Shown: positions 10,006-21,591 of the stretch, in pieces
Numbering within the stretch: position 1 is the first letter of the stretch
How the letters are laid out: every line of letters starts with the position of its first letter
Virus record (IMG/VR): IMGVR_UViG_3300042363_000251
DNA: 64,000 bases
Origin: an uncultured virus (IMG/VR IMGVR_UViG_3300042363_000251)
Taxonomy: Duplodnaviria > Heunggongvirae > Uroviricota > Caudoviricetes
Direction: 5' to 3' (one strand)
Translations under genes and position numbers: made by a program
Notes under the pieces: generated by a model
Told to the model about the DNA's origin: nothing
What the model saw: only the letters and a program-made list of their open reading frames with translations
Databases searched by the model: none

Positions 10006-10311
10006 TTATCTCTTGATTGCTTCGTATGTTACAATGTGTGCTAGTCTCTCACCCAAATCTTGTTCGGATGTAACTATGTATAAACTGGTTTGACTGTCGT
10101 GGTTTTTATCATAACTACGTGTTTCTACTACATGCCCGCCGTCAGCTTTGTACACAGTAAACCTAGTACCGTTAGAGTCAATAGAATCAACTGACTTAGG
10201 CGATAGTGAATTTGCTATTGAAGGTCTATCCCCTCTTGTTTTTTCGTATTCACGCGCATTTTCCCACGCTTCACGGCACATATTTGCAAACCATTTCTTA
10301 AAAAATTTCAT
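10006..10311 (-). CDS. Hypothetical protein
   Basis: 101-aa ORF within the operon. Confidence 0.65.
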   Translation of the reverse strand: MKFFKKWFANMCREAWENAREYEKTRGDRPSIANSLSPKSVDSIDSNGTRFTVYKADGGHVVETRSYDKNHDSQTSLYIVTSEQDLGERLAHIVTYEAIKR

Positions 10312-10676
10312 TAGATTCCCTTATCACTCATGTTATAGTCTTCAACTTTTTCATCGCTTACTAATAGTATATCTTTATTGTCTACTTTGCGAACAATTTG
10401 GACACCTTCAGCGTCTTCAATCTTTACACCTCTAGTCCATCTTCCGTGTGCGATATAAATCCATTTCCCGACTTCTAAATCTTTTTGATCTGGACCGATC
10501 GCATAAACTCTAGCCCAACGAGGTCTGATACCAGAATTTTTCATATCATCATTTGGAAGAATAAGACCTGCATGACTCAATCTTTCACCAAATTCCATTT
10601 GATGAACAACTACAGAATCTTTAAGAGGTAAAAACTCTTCTACTTGAATAGCATTCGTATTTTTAGCTGTTAACAT
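10311..10676 (-). CDS. Divergent GroES-like co-chaperonin (start revised to 10676)
   Basis: PLKDSVVV, GLILP, VYAIGP, LEVGKWIY, KDILLV follow the Cpn10 pattern; AAGGA SD precedes the ATG at 10676. Confidence 0.75.
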   Translation of the reverse strand: MLTAKNTNAIQVEEFLPLKDSVVVHQMEFGERLSHAGLILPNDDMKNSGIRPRWARVYAIGPDQKDLEVGKWIYIAHGRWTRGVKIEDAEGVQIVRKVDNKDILLVSDEKVEDYNMSDKGI

Positions 10677-10683
10677 AATATCC

Positions 10684-10971
10684 TTACTTAATAATTGCCA
10701 AAATTTCATCTTCTTGTAGAATGCGGTACTCTTGATCTTCTACTTTTACTACTTGACCCGCGCCTTGAACGAAAAGAACTTTGTCACCCTCATTAACTCC
10801 GGGTACTACAAAAGTGCCATTTTCTAAATAAGTTCCAGGACCTACAGCAATTACGATACCTTGATTAGGTTTATCTGCTGCCGCGCCTGCTAAGATAAGA
10901 CCGCCTGCACTCTTTTTTATTGTTTCAACTTCTTTAACTACTATTCTGCCTTGTATTGGTTTAATCTTCAT
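10684..10971 (-). CDS. groES: Co-chaperonin GroES
   Basis: MKIKPIQGRIVV, SAGGLIL, GIVIAVGPG, GDKVLF, EDEILAII. Confidence 0.93.
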   Translation of the reverse strand: MKIKPIQGRIVVKEVETIKKSAGGLILAGAAADKPNQGIVIAVGPGTYLENGTFVVPGVNEGDKVLFVQGAGQVVKVEDQEYRILQEDEILAIIK

Positions 10972-11306
10972 TTAGTACTTTTCCTTTCTTTTGCTTTAAT
11001 TTGTTCTATTTCTATATCATCGTCAAGAGATTGTTCTAGTTCAATTTCATCTGGTGTTAGTTCAGGTGTAGGTTTATTAGCTTTTGGTTGGGGTTTTACT
11101 ACGTTTGCTGACCTATTACCCACAGTTTTTTGATAATTATTACTTACTTTTTTTGTAGCAGGTACTATTACGTTACCTTGAGCATCAATCGTGTCTCCAC
11201 GAGCATTTACACTCATGTTACCTACGGCTCTTACCTTTTCATTTTTTGCGGTTAGTGAAGCCATGTCTATCGTCTTTCCCATTGCAGTTCTATACTTTGT
11301 CATCAT
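10968..11306 (-). CDS. Hypothetical protein
   Basis: 112-aa ORF with AGGAG SD, ATGA overlap with groES. Confidence 0.7.
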   Translation of the reverse strand: MMTKYRTAMGKTIDMASLTAKNEKVRAVGNMSVNARGDTIDAQGNVIVPATKKVSNNYQKTVGNRSANVVKPQPKANKPTPELTPDEIELEQSLDDDIEIEQIKAKERKSTK

Positions 11307-11313
11307 TAGTCTC

Positions 11314-11820
11314 CTATTTTAAAAACTCATTAATTGATATTTGATAGTATAAACTATTTATCCTATGTATCCCTATTAGATATAAAACAAAACTAGCAAT
11401 ACTACTACCTCTACCTACACCCCATACTATGTTATGTTTACGCATAGTGTCTACTAAATATTTTAAGTATTGAAGAAGAATAAACATGTCTCGTTCTTGA
11501 AACATAATCAGTTCTTCTCCTGCGCGTTGTAATTCTTCATCAGTTTTGCATTGCTCTAAAATCCATTTAGCAATATCAAAATTTTTATATTCTTCAGGCA
11601 TGAACCATTCGGTTGATCTTATGTTGTCAAATTCTTCAATAGTTTGGTCACTGGTTTGATATTCAAGAAGTTCTGGTAGTTTTTGTAAATCTAGTTCTGA
11701 ATCAAAGTTAATTACTTCTTTTACAAGTAATGATTTTAACTGCCGAGTAGGGTCAGTCATGTACAAATTACATATGTCTTTTTCGTTAAAGATGTGCTGA
11801 CCGAAGTTATCAATAATCAT
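11314..11820 (-). CDS. dnaE: DNA polymerase III alpha (DnaE) N-proximal palm fragment
   Basis: QRAGEEL...YLVDTMRKHNIVWGVGRGSSIASFVLYLIGIHRINSLYYQISINEFLK matches the DnaE pattern RL..EL...GPGRGS.AGSLV.Y.L.IT..DP....L.FERFL. Confidence 0.85.
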   Translation of the reverse strand: MIIDNFGQHIFNEKDICNLYMTDPTRQLKSLLVKEVINFDSELDLQKLPELLEYQTSDQTIEEFDNIRSTEWFMPEEYKNFDIAKWILEQCKTDEELQRAGEELIMFQERDMFILLQYLKYLVDTMRKHNIVWGVGRGSSIASFVLYLIGIHRINSLYYQISINEFLK

Positions 11821-11826
11821 TGATTG

Positions 11827-11855
11827 ATGATATATTAATTGTAAGTTTATGTCAA
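11827..11855 (-). promoter_or_regulatory. Sigma70-type promoter for the dnaE N-fragment operon
   Basis: TTGACA-17nt-TATCAT, ending 6 nt before the ATG. Confidence 0.75.
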
Positions 11856-11864
11856 TGAAAAAGG

Positions 11865-12104
11865 TTAACTCTTACTACCTTTTTCAATGTTAATTTGAGC
11901 GTTAATGTTTTGCTTTTTGATCATTTCGTCCATTCTTTTATTATATTCAGTCCGATAACTTTCTATAACCATATGTATTTGACTGATCAATGCTCCATTA
12001 CCCGATCTGTATGCAAAATTTAATTTACCGTACAAATCGGATAACGTATTCTGGAGCTCTTCTAAATTTTTATCTGTAAGTGATACTATAAATGGATGTT
12101 CCAT
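11865..12104 (-). CDS. Hypothetical protein
   Basis: 79-aa ORF at the end of a late operon. Confidence 0.65.
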   Translation of the reverse strand: MEHPFIVSLTDKNLEELQNTLSDLYGKLNFAYRSGNGALISQIHMVIESYRTEYNKRMDEMIKKQNINAQINIEKGSKS

Positions 12105-12106
12105 AA

Positions 12107-13402
12107 TTAGAATGGATTCAACGTTGTTCTTCTAAAAATATCTGGTCCGTCGTATACCGTATAATCAATATCAACATTAGAACTAACTGTAGTAATATTA
12201 GTATATTCAGGTCCTGCTACACCGTTGTATCTAGTCTTACTAATAGTTACATTACTACCTGACACTGAATTAATGTAATATACTGTATCTAGTTCTATGT
12301 TAGCAGTATTACCCGAAGCATTACCTGCGAAAATAATAGGATTATTTACTTCTAAGTTAGCTGTTGATCCACTTACAGTTATGATATTCGGAGAGGTGGT
12401 ATTAGCTATATTTCTATTGAATGCATTTGCAGAGTAATTTGCTACAGCAACATACATATACTGTACGGCATTTAACAGCATTGCTGTTCCTGTAGCGTTA
12501 GCACCTATAGCAATATTTGATCCGCTTACGGTAGAAGATACAGTAAATCGTGTACTGTTTACTACGTTTCTAATATAATAAGTATTACCTACTACAACGT
12601 TTGCTTCTAAACTAGTTCCTGTAAAGGTTACTGATAATCCTGGATACAGAGTTGTTGTGCTTGACGTTGTAAAATAAGGATCAGTATTTGCACCAGTAAC
12701 AACTAACTGACTTGTACCGGTATCAATACAAACAGTACCTACTTTGTCACCTTGTTGGCCGGTACTTGGAGGAGTTCTTTTTATAATTTGAGTAGACTGG
12801 TAGGGTCTATTCATAGGTTCTATAGTAATAGTATTACCGCAATCTAATGTTCTTAGTTTAAATTCTAACTGCTCAACATCGTACGGCGCTGTAATTGTAA
12901 TTACGTTTGCTATGTTTGCATAGTTTTCTAAAATAGTTCCACCAAAATTATTATTTGATGCTACTACTTGACTAGGAAATGTTATAACTGCACTACTATT
13001 ACTAATGCCTAAACGCAAAGTAATAGCACTTTCTGTGTTAGTGGGAGCCCAAGAACCAAACTGTAATGTTACATTTCCTGCTACATTACCATATTGTACA
13101 TCTGCTTGTGCTACGTTAACTAAAACAGTGCCTGATAACGCATTACCTAAATTATAAGTAGTAGCTCTAAACGATCTAGTAGAAGCATTGCTAATAAGAG
13201 TATTAGCCATGTCGTTGTTAATTGTAGAACCATTCAACGCAGCTTTAAGAACTACTTTATTCTGAAGATCAGTTATTTCTGTTCCGGCAGTATTTAAATT
13301 CGTTTTGATAGATGCAAAGTTATCTCTAAAACCTTGAGTAGAATTATTCTCTCCCGGTATAGGATAGTTTACATTTATTCCATTGGTATTAATTGTGCTC
13401 AT
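12107..13402 (-). CDS. Virion (tail/baseplate-associated) protein
   Basis: N-terminal NYPIPGENNSTQGFRDNF coiled-coil; beta-rich T/N/S composition; two GxxVxF...YYI repeats; late motif upstream. Confidence 0.65.
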   Translation of the reverse strand: MSTINTNGINVNYPIPGENNSTQGFRDNFASIKTNLNTAGTEITDLQNKVVLKAALNGSTINNDMANTLISNASTRSFRATTYNLGNALSGTVLVNVAQADVQYGNVAGNVTLQFGSWAPTNTESAITLRLGISNSSAVITFPSQVVASNNNFGGTILENYANIANVITITAPYDVEQLEFKLRTLDCGNTITIEPMNRPYQSTQIIKRTPPSTGQQGDKVGTVCIDTGTSQLVVTGANTDPYFTTSSTTTLYPGLSVTFTGTSLEANVVVGNTYYIRNVVNSTRFTVSSTVSGSNIAIGANATGTAMLLNAVQYMYVAVANYSANAFNRNIANTTSPNIITVSGSTANLEVNNPIIFAGNASGNTANIELDTVYYINSVSGSNVTISKTRYNGVAGPEYTNITTVSSNVDIDYTVYDGPDIFRRTTLNPF

Positions 13403-13432
13403 TCTTAATTCCTAATTTCATTTATACAGTAT

Positions 13433-16051
13433 TTAGTACTGAGTTTCATCGGGTAAAATAGTTTTTCTAGGAAATAGTGTATAAAAATCATTACTATTCA
13501 CTGGATTTGGTACTGGAGTCGCACTTGGTAATCCAATCCACGTAGCCGGACTTAAATTATTATCATAGTTATATGTCAAACTCTTATCTACAGTAAATCT
13601 ATCTATCTTAAAGTTAATTTCGTTAAGTTGAAATTTATAATTTGTTACAGGATCTTGCCAATTATTTTCTATTTGATACTTGATATACTCACCGTAAGTT
13701 ACAGTTTGACCATTTAATGTTGTTGTTCCTGGCTTACAATAAGCAATAACCCAAGCTGGTGTAAATCCTAATGTGCTACCATTCGCTTGTTGTGAAGTCA
13801 TCCATCTTGGATACAGTCTAAAATTATATTCTTGCCCTAATTCTTCCCCCACTTGTTCTCTCATATTAGGTAAACTGTTAGGATATAAAACGGTTGCATA
13901 TCCGGGAGTTAAACTAGTATAAAAACCGGGCTGACCTGATTCAGTTTCTAAAATGAACAAATCCTCAGAGGTAATATATTCATTATTTTGTGTTAGCCAA
14001 GACTGTCCCTCAACTGGTGCATTTATGTAACTAGTATAAATATCAGTAACACTTGTATACCATGGACCTAAGTTTAAATCTATAAGTCTAGGCCAAACTA
14101 TTTCTTTACTGACACTAACACCTTCAGGGTTTATCAAGTTATCAATTACTGAACTATATACAACTTCATATATAACTTCGCCTGCATCATTCTTTGCTAC
14201 TGCGGTATTTAATTCACCTAATGTAATATTTCTCCAATAATGATTTTTAGTAACCGCAGCTACATATGCGTCTAAATCATTAGCATATATTCCATAAGCA
14301 TGAGCATATATAACACTAGTTGCTTTACCAAAATTTAAATCTGTTGGTCTATATAAATAACTGTCAGGTATTAGTGTAGTATCATTCAATAAAGTTCTTA
14401 GTAAATTTCTATCTTGTATACTTGGTGTACACTTAATGTATAGTGTGTCAGTTGGCTGTGTATATTGCTGCACCACTGATAAAGTAAAAGTTCGTGTAGA
14501 GTTAACAACCGTTGAATATAGAGGAGAAAACGCTTCTATCTCAAATGTAAAGTCAGTAATAGCGCCTGCTGGTAATAATGTATCTGTAGGTTGATATGCT
14601 ACTGTACCAGTAATTTCTCCGTTAGACAACAAAACCAAATTAGGTGGAAGAGTTCCGCTTACTAATCTGTATTCTAAGTTTACATCTGATTCTGCCACTA
14701 CACTTAAAACACTAACTGTACTATTTTCTATTTGCCCTAAATCAGAAGGAGTTATCCAGAATATATCACCTATCAAATTGTTAACTAGTCTATATGAAAA
14801 GTTATAAGAAGGAGTAGTGATAGCTGGGTTACCAGCTTTAGCTACCGCTACACTAAATGAAAATTCACTTATAGAATTATTAGCTATTACGGGATTGCCT
14901 GTGATCCAGCCAGTAGCACTATTTGCTGTTAGTCCTGATGGTAAGTCTGCAAATGTATAAGTTAATACATTGCTATCAAAGTCATGACCTATTACCTTAA
15001 ACGAAAATATATTATCACTGGTAATACTACCTATATAAGCATCTTCTGTAGGAAGATAGGTATTACCTTGTTCGTTTGGTGGTAATACATAGTAACCATA
15101 GTAAGGGGTAGATTCATTTATATTAAATGTAGGGGGTCTAGTGTTGTATATAGTAGGCTCTCTGGAATTCGCAGGTTTAGGTCCACCTTCTGCTTCGGGA
15201 GCATTTTGATTCACTACGGTAATGTTATAGGATTCTATGTCACTGCCTAATAAGCTTTCTAGTTTTACAGTAAATGAATATGTGCGTGTAGTAGGTTGTC
15301 CTATTGATATGTTAGGTAGGCTAGCAGTCATGTATCCTACGTCATTACTTAATACAACGGTTGATCCTCCAACAATATTTGATATAGTAAAAGAAGATTC
15401 ATCAAAAGTTTTAATGTAATAAGTTTGCGATGCTACTATACCGCCAAACGGTGTACCTGAAAATATTATAGGTCTTCCTATTCTAAACCCAGTAGTACTT
15501 AAACAAGTTATAATATTTGAATTTGTAGAAGTTATAGATGTATTTACCGCACCCAAGTTAACATTATTAATTGGTGGCTCAGCATAACCTCGTATCAGTC
15601 CGTTAGTGTTTATTTCTAAACCTGGCGGTAGTTGTCCTTGTATTATTCTGATAGCAACTAAATTGTTACTTAATGGATTACTATATTCAATAGGTAATTG
15701 TACCCATGTACTGTCTGGAGTATTTAATATACTACCAGTAGGGGTAGTAAATTCAGGAGATGCTACTCCTGAAATTATCATAGAAAATGTTCTGTCTCTT
15801 ATGTTTCCTAAATTGTCTGTAACTCTAACCACAAATGTATAAGTCGTATCGCTAATAACTATTATAGGAGTTCCTGATATTAAACCAATATTGGATAAAC
15901 TCAAACCCTCAGGTAATGATCCGCTTATCAATGTATAAGTTACGGTTGCAGCAGGTGCTACCGGCTGAGCCAGTAACTGCACAGATAATAATACTAGTGC
16001 TGGATATGATCCTATACTGCCTGCAGGTGTAGTCCAATTTGGTTGAGACAT
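13433..16051 (-). CDS. Baseplate/virion protein with putative Ig-like repeats
   Basis: Repeated SGSLPxGLxL...GxIxGxP motifs. Confidence 0.7.
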   Translation of the reverse strand: MSQPNWTTPAGSIGSYPALVLLSVQLLAQPVAPAATVTYTLISGSLPEGLSLSNIGLISGTPIIVISDTTYTFVVRVTDNLGNIRDRTFSMIISGVASPEFTTPTGSILNTPDSTWVQLPIEYSNPLSNNLVAIRIIQGQLPPGLEINTNGLIRGYAEPPINNVNLGAVNTSITSTNSNIITCLSTTGFRIGRPIIFSGTPFGGIVASQTYYIKTFDESSFTISNIVGGSTVVLSNDVGYMTASLPNISIGQPTTRTYSFTVKLESLLGSDIESYNITVVNQNAPEAEGGPKPANSREPTIYNTRPPTFNINESTPYYGYYVLPPNEQGNTYLPTEDAYIGSITSDNIFSFKVIGHDFDSNVLTYTFADLPSGLTANSATGWITGNPVIANNSISEFSFSVAVAKAGNPAITTPSYNFSYRLVNNLIGDIFWITPSDLGQIENSTVSVLSVVAESDVNLEYRLVSGTLPPNLVLLSNGEITGTVAYQPTDTLLPAGAITDFTFEIEAFSPLYSTVVNSTRTFTLSVVQQYTQPTDTLYIKCTPSIQDRNLLRTLLNDTTLIPDSYLYRPTDLNFGKATSVIYAHAYGIYANDLDAYVAAVTKNHYWRNITLGELNTAVAKNDAGEVIYEVVYSSVIDNLINPEGVSVSKEIVWPRLIDLNLGPWYTSVTDIYTSYINAPVEGQSWLTQNNEYITSEDLFILETESGQPGFYTSLTPGYATVLYPNSLPNMREQVGEELGQEYNFRLYPRWMTSQQANGSTLGFTPAWVIAYCKPGTTTLNGQTVTYGEYIKYQIENNWQDPVTNYKFQLNEINFKIDRFTVDKSLTYNYDNNLSPATWIGLPSATPVPNPVNSNDFYTLFPRKTILPDETQY

Positions 16052-16052
16052 A

Positions 16053-16673
16053 TTATCCTTTTAATGCTTTTAATGCTAACTCGTAGTGATGCTTTCTATC
16101 TTCTAACCCGTTTGTTCCACCATTGATTCTTTTTGTTAGTGTAACAAAATCGTCTTTATCACATAAATCATTTAATTTATTCTTATCCCAAAACCAAGCA
16201 GCACTAGCTACAGCACCTTCTGCGGTTTCTAGATAACTAACTGCTTCTGTTATTGGCTTTTTTATAGATTCAGCAAACTTAGTATAATTTTCTTTACCAG
16301 TTAACTGAATTAAACCGCGACCTCTGTAAGTCCAACCGTCTCCTGATTTTTCATCACCATTTCCCATTCTGCTTGCGTATACTTTGTTAGCGATTTGTTC
16401 TGGCTTTCTTTCATGTACTAATGCGTCTTTTTCTGTTGAATAATACTTTTTAAATACTGATTGTAATGCTTTAGCATTATAATTTAAGTTTTCTTTAGTA
16501 AAATTAAAACCACCTGACTCGTGTGCAACTTGCGCTAAAAATGCGGCTGTTCTTTTATGGTTATCTAAAATACCATATTTTTTACACACAGCATTGAGTG
16601 GGGCAACGTATGTTTCTAAAACTTCTTTTTTAGTTTTAGGAGCTATTTGTTGTAGTAAAGATAATGTAATCAT
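16053..16673 (-). CDS. Glycoside hydrolase family 19 endolysin (chitinase-like lysozyme)
   Basis: FLAQVAHESGGF, ENLNY, YRGRGLIQLTGKENY, TKRINGGTNGLEDR. Confidence 0.93.
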   Translation of the reverse strand: MITLSLLQQIAPKTKKEVLETYVAPLNAVCKKYGILDNHKRTAAFLAQVAHESGGFNFTKENLNYNAKALQSVFKKYYSTEKDALVHERKPEQIANKVYASRMGNGDEKSGDGWTYRGRGLIQLTGKENYTKFAESIKKPITEAVSYLETAEGAVASAAWFWDKNKLNDLCDKDDFVTLTKRINGGTNGLEDRKHHYELALKALKG

Positions 16674-16684
16674 TTATATTTCCT

Positions 16685-18475
<1,791 letters not shown>

Positions 18476-18522
18476 AAGTATATCCTCTATAATATATTAC
18501 TGTATTTATCATTGTTACAAAC

Positions 18523-18549
18523 AAAAAAATACCCGGCGAACCGGGTATT
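18523..18549 (-). terminator. Intrinsic terminator with UUCG loop
   Basis: Minus strand AATACCCGG-TTCG-CCGGGTATT followed by a T-run. Confidence 0.9.
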
Positions 18550-18582
18550 AAAGAAACGTTCAGTTGAGCATTATTATTATTA

Positions 18583-21500
18583 TTATCTTATTCCGCTTAG
18601 TTTCTTCCAATCATCAAGCAAACTAGACTCTGCTACTTTAACTTTAGTATGCGGTAAAGTAGTTTGATCTTGTTTTTGTCCGTTCAATCCACCTGAAATA
18701 ACTCTAGTCATAAACTCAATGTCTTGTTCAAACGTATTGTCTTTTATGTTTTCAGAACCTTGATATCCAGCGTCATTAGCCCACTCAGTTAATTCTTCTT
18801 CGCTTTCGTCAATTTCTTCTTCGTTGTCAGACATTGCACCAGCTAGTGCTTGATCTTCTTTAGCTTCTGCGTTTTCGTCAGCAGTAGTTTCAGCTTCACC
18901 GGAATCAGGAGCATTTGCTTCGGATACTTCAAACTCCATTTGATCTTCAGTTTCATCTTCGTCTGTTCTTTTTCCAAATTTTCCATAAGAATCATCTCTA
19001 CGATCTTTCATAGATTGTTCTTTACCAGATTCTTTACCTGTACGCATTCCCAATGATTCATCTTCTTTGTCATCGTAGCCTTGTTCTTCACCAACTACCA
19101 ATGCTTTACTGTCTGAATCATTGCATCCACAATCACCTGATCCACATACGTCACATGATGCATCTTGAGATTCTTCATCCTCGTAATCATTGCCTGCTAC
19201 TTTCTGCATCAGTGCCATCATGCCATCATGATCTCCAGTATCTACATTTGAGTCAGGATATACACTTTGCGATCCTGCATCAGATTGTACCGGAGCACCA
19301 TATGCGCTAGTTCGCGCAGTGTCTTCACCGCCGAACAATCCTAAGCCAGCTTGCTTAATCAGACTTAGTAACTGATCGGCTTCACTATCTTGTGCTGAAA
19401 TAGTAACAGAGTCAGGTGATCCTTGTTGTCCTTTAGAAACGGAAACAGTCATACCTTCTTTTACTGGTTTTTTGTCAGTAGAACCAGACAAGTCTTTTTT
19501 CATGTCAGCTTTTGATTTACCATACTTTTCTTTAAACTTAGTATCAGTCATGTGTGTCATGTCAATATCAATGTCTTTAATTTTGCCTTCATTAACTTCT
19601 TTGCTCGTACTAGTTTCAATACTAATATCTTCTGCCCTATCTCGTAGATTTTCTCCCTTTATCCAATCCTGAGCTTCTTTTTTACTCGCGAATCCTTTCT
19701 CTATTTTATACGTGTCTCGGTTGTTAGGTAAATAACGAACTTGGAATTTAGGTGTTACTGCTTCATTCAATAAAGCATTTAGTTCACGATCCCATGACTC
19801 AAACGCCATCATATCGTCATCACTCACATCATCAAATCCACCAAACGCAAACTCACTACCGCCTCTTGGTGAAGGAGTATCCATCATAGAATCTTGTGAT
19901 ACCATACCAGGCATCATACCGATATCTTGTTGCATTCCCATGCCGCCTGATCCATAGCATTCGTCTAAACCAGATTTGTATCCATCAAGATAAGCTTGTG
20001 CTTCTTGTGAACCTTCTTCATACTTACAACTGAAAGTATCATTTGCCATAGCATGTGCTTTACCAAGTAATCTTGCTGACTCGGTTGGATTTGTGCCTTC
20101 TTTAACTGTTTTCTTTTTCGCAACAGCTTTTTGTAAACCAGCCGGTAACTTTTTCTGCGCGGCGGTTAACCCTGCACTGCTCTTTTTATCAGTAGAACCT
20201 GTTTTCTTGTCCGCCGCAGCTTTTTTCATTGGTTCTTTTTTGTCACCATCTTTATCTAAGTCTAAAAAGTCTGGCTTAGCTTTAGCTTCATTTGTCTTTT
20301 TCATTGTTGATACCTTTTGTTTGTCGGCTGCTGCCTTTTTCATTGATTCTTTCTTGTTGCCATCTTTGTCTAAGTCTAGAAAATCTGGCTTGGCTTTTTT
20401 AGCTTCTAAAGTCTTGCTGTTTCTTCCAGCGCCTAATCCTGCACCAAAGTCGCTGTCATTGGTTGGCATAGCTGCTTCATCAGTTTTATTCTTTTCAGGT
20501 TTAGGACAATCTGCACAAGCATACTTAGCATTCGCACCTTCCCCTTTCTTGAATAAGGGTTTGTTGTGTTGAGTACATAATGCAGGAGTTGTTTTTTTTG
20601 TCTTTATATCTTTCCACATTAAAGGAGAACCCTTTTCTTCGTTAGTTTTTTCTTTTTTGTCAGGTAAGCCTTTGTGTTTAGTTTTCGCAAACTTTTCTAA
20701 CTCTTTAGCGGGCATTTTTGCCATTTCTTTTGATGCACCTTTTAGTGTGCTTTTTGGAGCATCACCGCGCTTAGCTGCTAATGCTGCACCAGCTGCTTGT
20801 TGCTGTGACTTACTTTTTGCTTTTTCGGTTAGCTTGGCTTCATTAAGATTATCTACATATTCAGTTTCTCTAACATCAACTATAACTGTTTTACCAGCAT
20901 TTCTTCCAGTTAATTCTAATTCCACTTCAAGATAAGTTGGGTGTAATTCACTAATTTTACCTATTACAGTTTTACCGTTATAGTTAGCTTTTACTACATC
21001 ACCAAGATGAAGACCGTGTAATTCTGTAGCATATTGATCACTGCCGTCATCATGATCGTAATCATCACCGTCATAATCATCATCAACTTCATTTAATTCA
21101 TCACCAGCTAAACTCATTTCACCTTTACCAATGCTTTGCTTAATTTGATTAGCTAGATTAGGATTAGTAACTGTACCAAGAGTTTTATTACCTTGCTTGA
21201 TTACTTGAGTGTTTTGTTGAGCTGGTTGAATAGTAACTTGTTCAGCTTCAGCAAGTAAAGCGTTAAACATACTTTTTAAAGATGGCTTCGTGTTTTCTTC
21301 TAAACTTGCAGCAGAAATGGGTTTATCAGCCACATAAGCATCAATACCAGCAGTTGATTTCAACTTCCATTTATCAGCAGCTTTTTTAACAGCTTCATAA
21401 CTAGAGTTAGCCTTAACTTCATACTTGCCTTTTTTAGCATGAACACATACATACGGGCGTTCAGCACTTTCGTTTAGAACTCTTTTACCAGTAGTAGTAA

Positions 21501-21591
21501 CTTTCTCTTCTTTAGTAGTGCCTTGAAGTTCAGTCATTTTGTTTAATAAATCTTTCATACTCATAATAGATTCCTTATCTTCCGGCGCCAA
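18583..21591 (-). CDS. Large modular internal-virion protein (DUF3008-like segment, two DxDxDG repeats)
   Basis: AKSKSQQQAAGAALAAKRG...KGASKEMAK...LEKFAKTKHKGLP resembles DUF3008; KPDFLDLDKDG(N/D)KKE occurs twice; many hydrophobic-x-E motifs. Confidence 0.65.
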   Translation of the reverse strand: MAPEDKESIMSMKDLLNKMTELQGTTKEEKVTTTGKRVLNESAERPYVCVHAKKGKYEVKANSSYEAVKKAADKWKLKSTAGIDAYVADKPISAASLEENTKPSLKSMFNALLAEAEQVTIQPAQQNTQVIKQGNKTLGTVTNPNLANQIKQSIGKGEMSLAGDELNEVDDDYDGDDYDHDDGSDQYATELHGLHLGDVVKANYNGKTVIGKISELHPTYLEVELELTGRNAGKTVIVDVRETEYVDNLNEAKLTEKAKSKSQQQAAGAALAAKRGDAPKSTLKGASKEMAKMPAKELEKFAKTKHKGLPDKKEKTNEEKGSPLMWKDIKTKKTTPALCTQHNKPLFKKGEGANAKYACADCPKPEKNKTDEAAMPTNDSDFGAGLGAGRNSKTLEAKKAKPDFLDLDKDGNKKESMKKAAADKQKVSTMKKTNEAKAKPDFLDLDKDGDKKEPMKKAAADKKTGSTDKKSSAGLTAAQKKLPAGLQKAVAKKKTVKEGTNPTESARLLGKAHAMANDTFSCKYEEGSQEAQAYLDGYKSGLDECYGSGGMGMQQDIGMMPGMVSQDSMMDTPSPRGGSEFAFGGFDDVSDDDMMAFESWDRELNALLNEAVTPKFQVRYLPNNRDTYKIEKGFASKKEAQDWIKGENLRDRAEDISIETSTSKEVNEGKIKDIDIDMTHMTDTKFKEKYGKSKADMKKDLSGSTDKKPVKEGMTVSVSKGQQGSPDSVTISAQDSEADQLLSLIKQAGLGLFGGEDTARTSAYGAPVQSDAGSQSVYPDSNVDTGDHDGMMALMQKVAGNDYEDEESQDASCDVCGSGDCGCNDSDSKALVVGEEQGYDDKEDESLGMRTGKESGKEQSMKDRRDDSYGKFGKRTDEDETEDQMEFEVSEANAPDSGEAETTADENAEAKEDQALAGAMSDNEEEIDESEEELTEWANDAGYQGSENIKDNTFEQDIEFMTRVISGGLNGQKQDQTTLPHTKVKVAESSLLDDWKKLSGIR

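Noticed and set aside
11314..11820. Split intein or pseudogene explanation for the dnaE pieces
   Set aside because: No intein terminal motifs; both ORFs are intact, have expression signals and retain catalytic motifs
18571..18585. (TAA)5 run after the polyprotein gene
   Set aside because: Probably a microsatellite of tandem stop codons; no evidence of function
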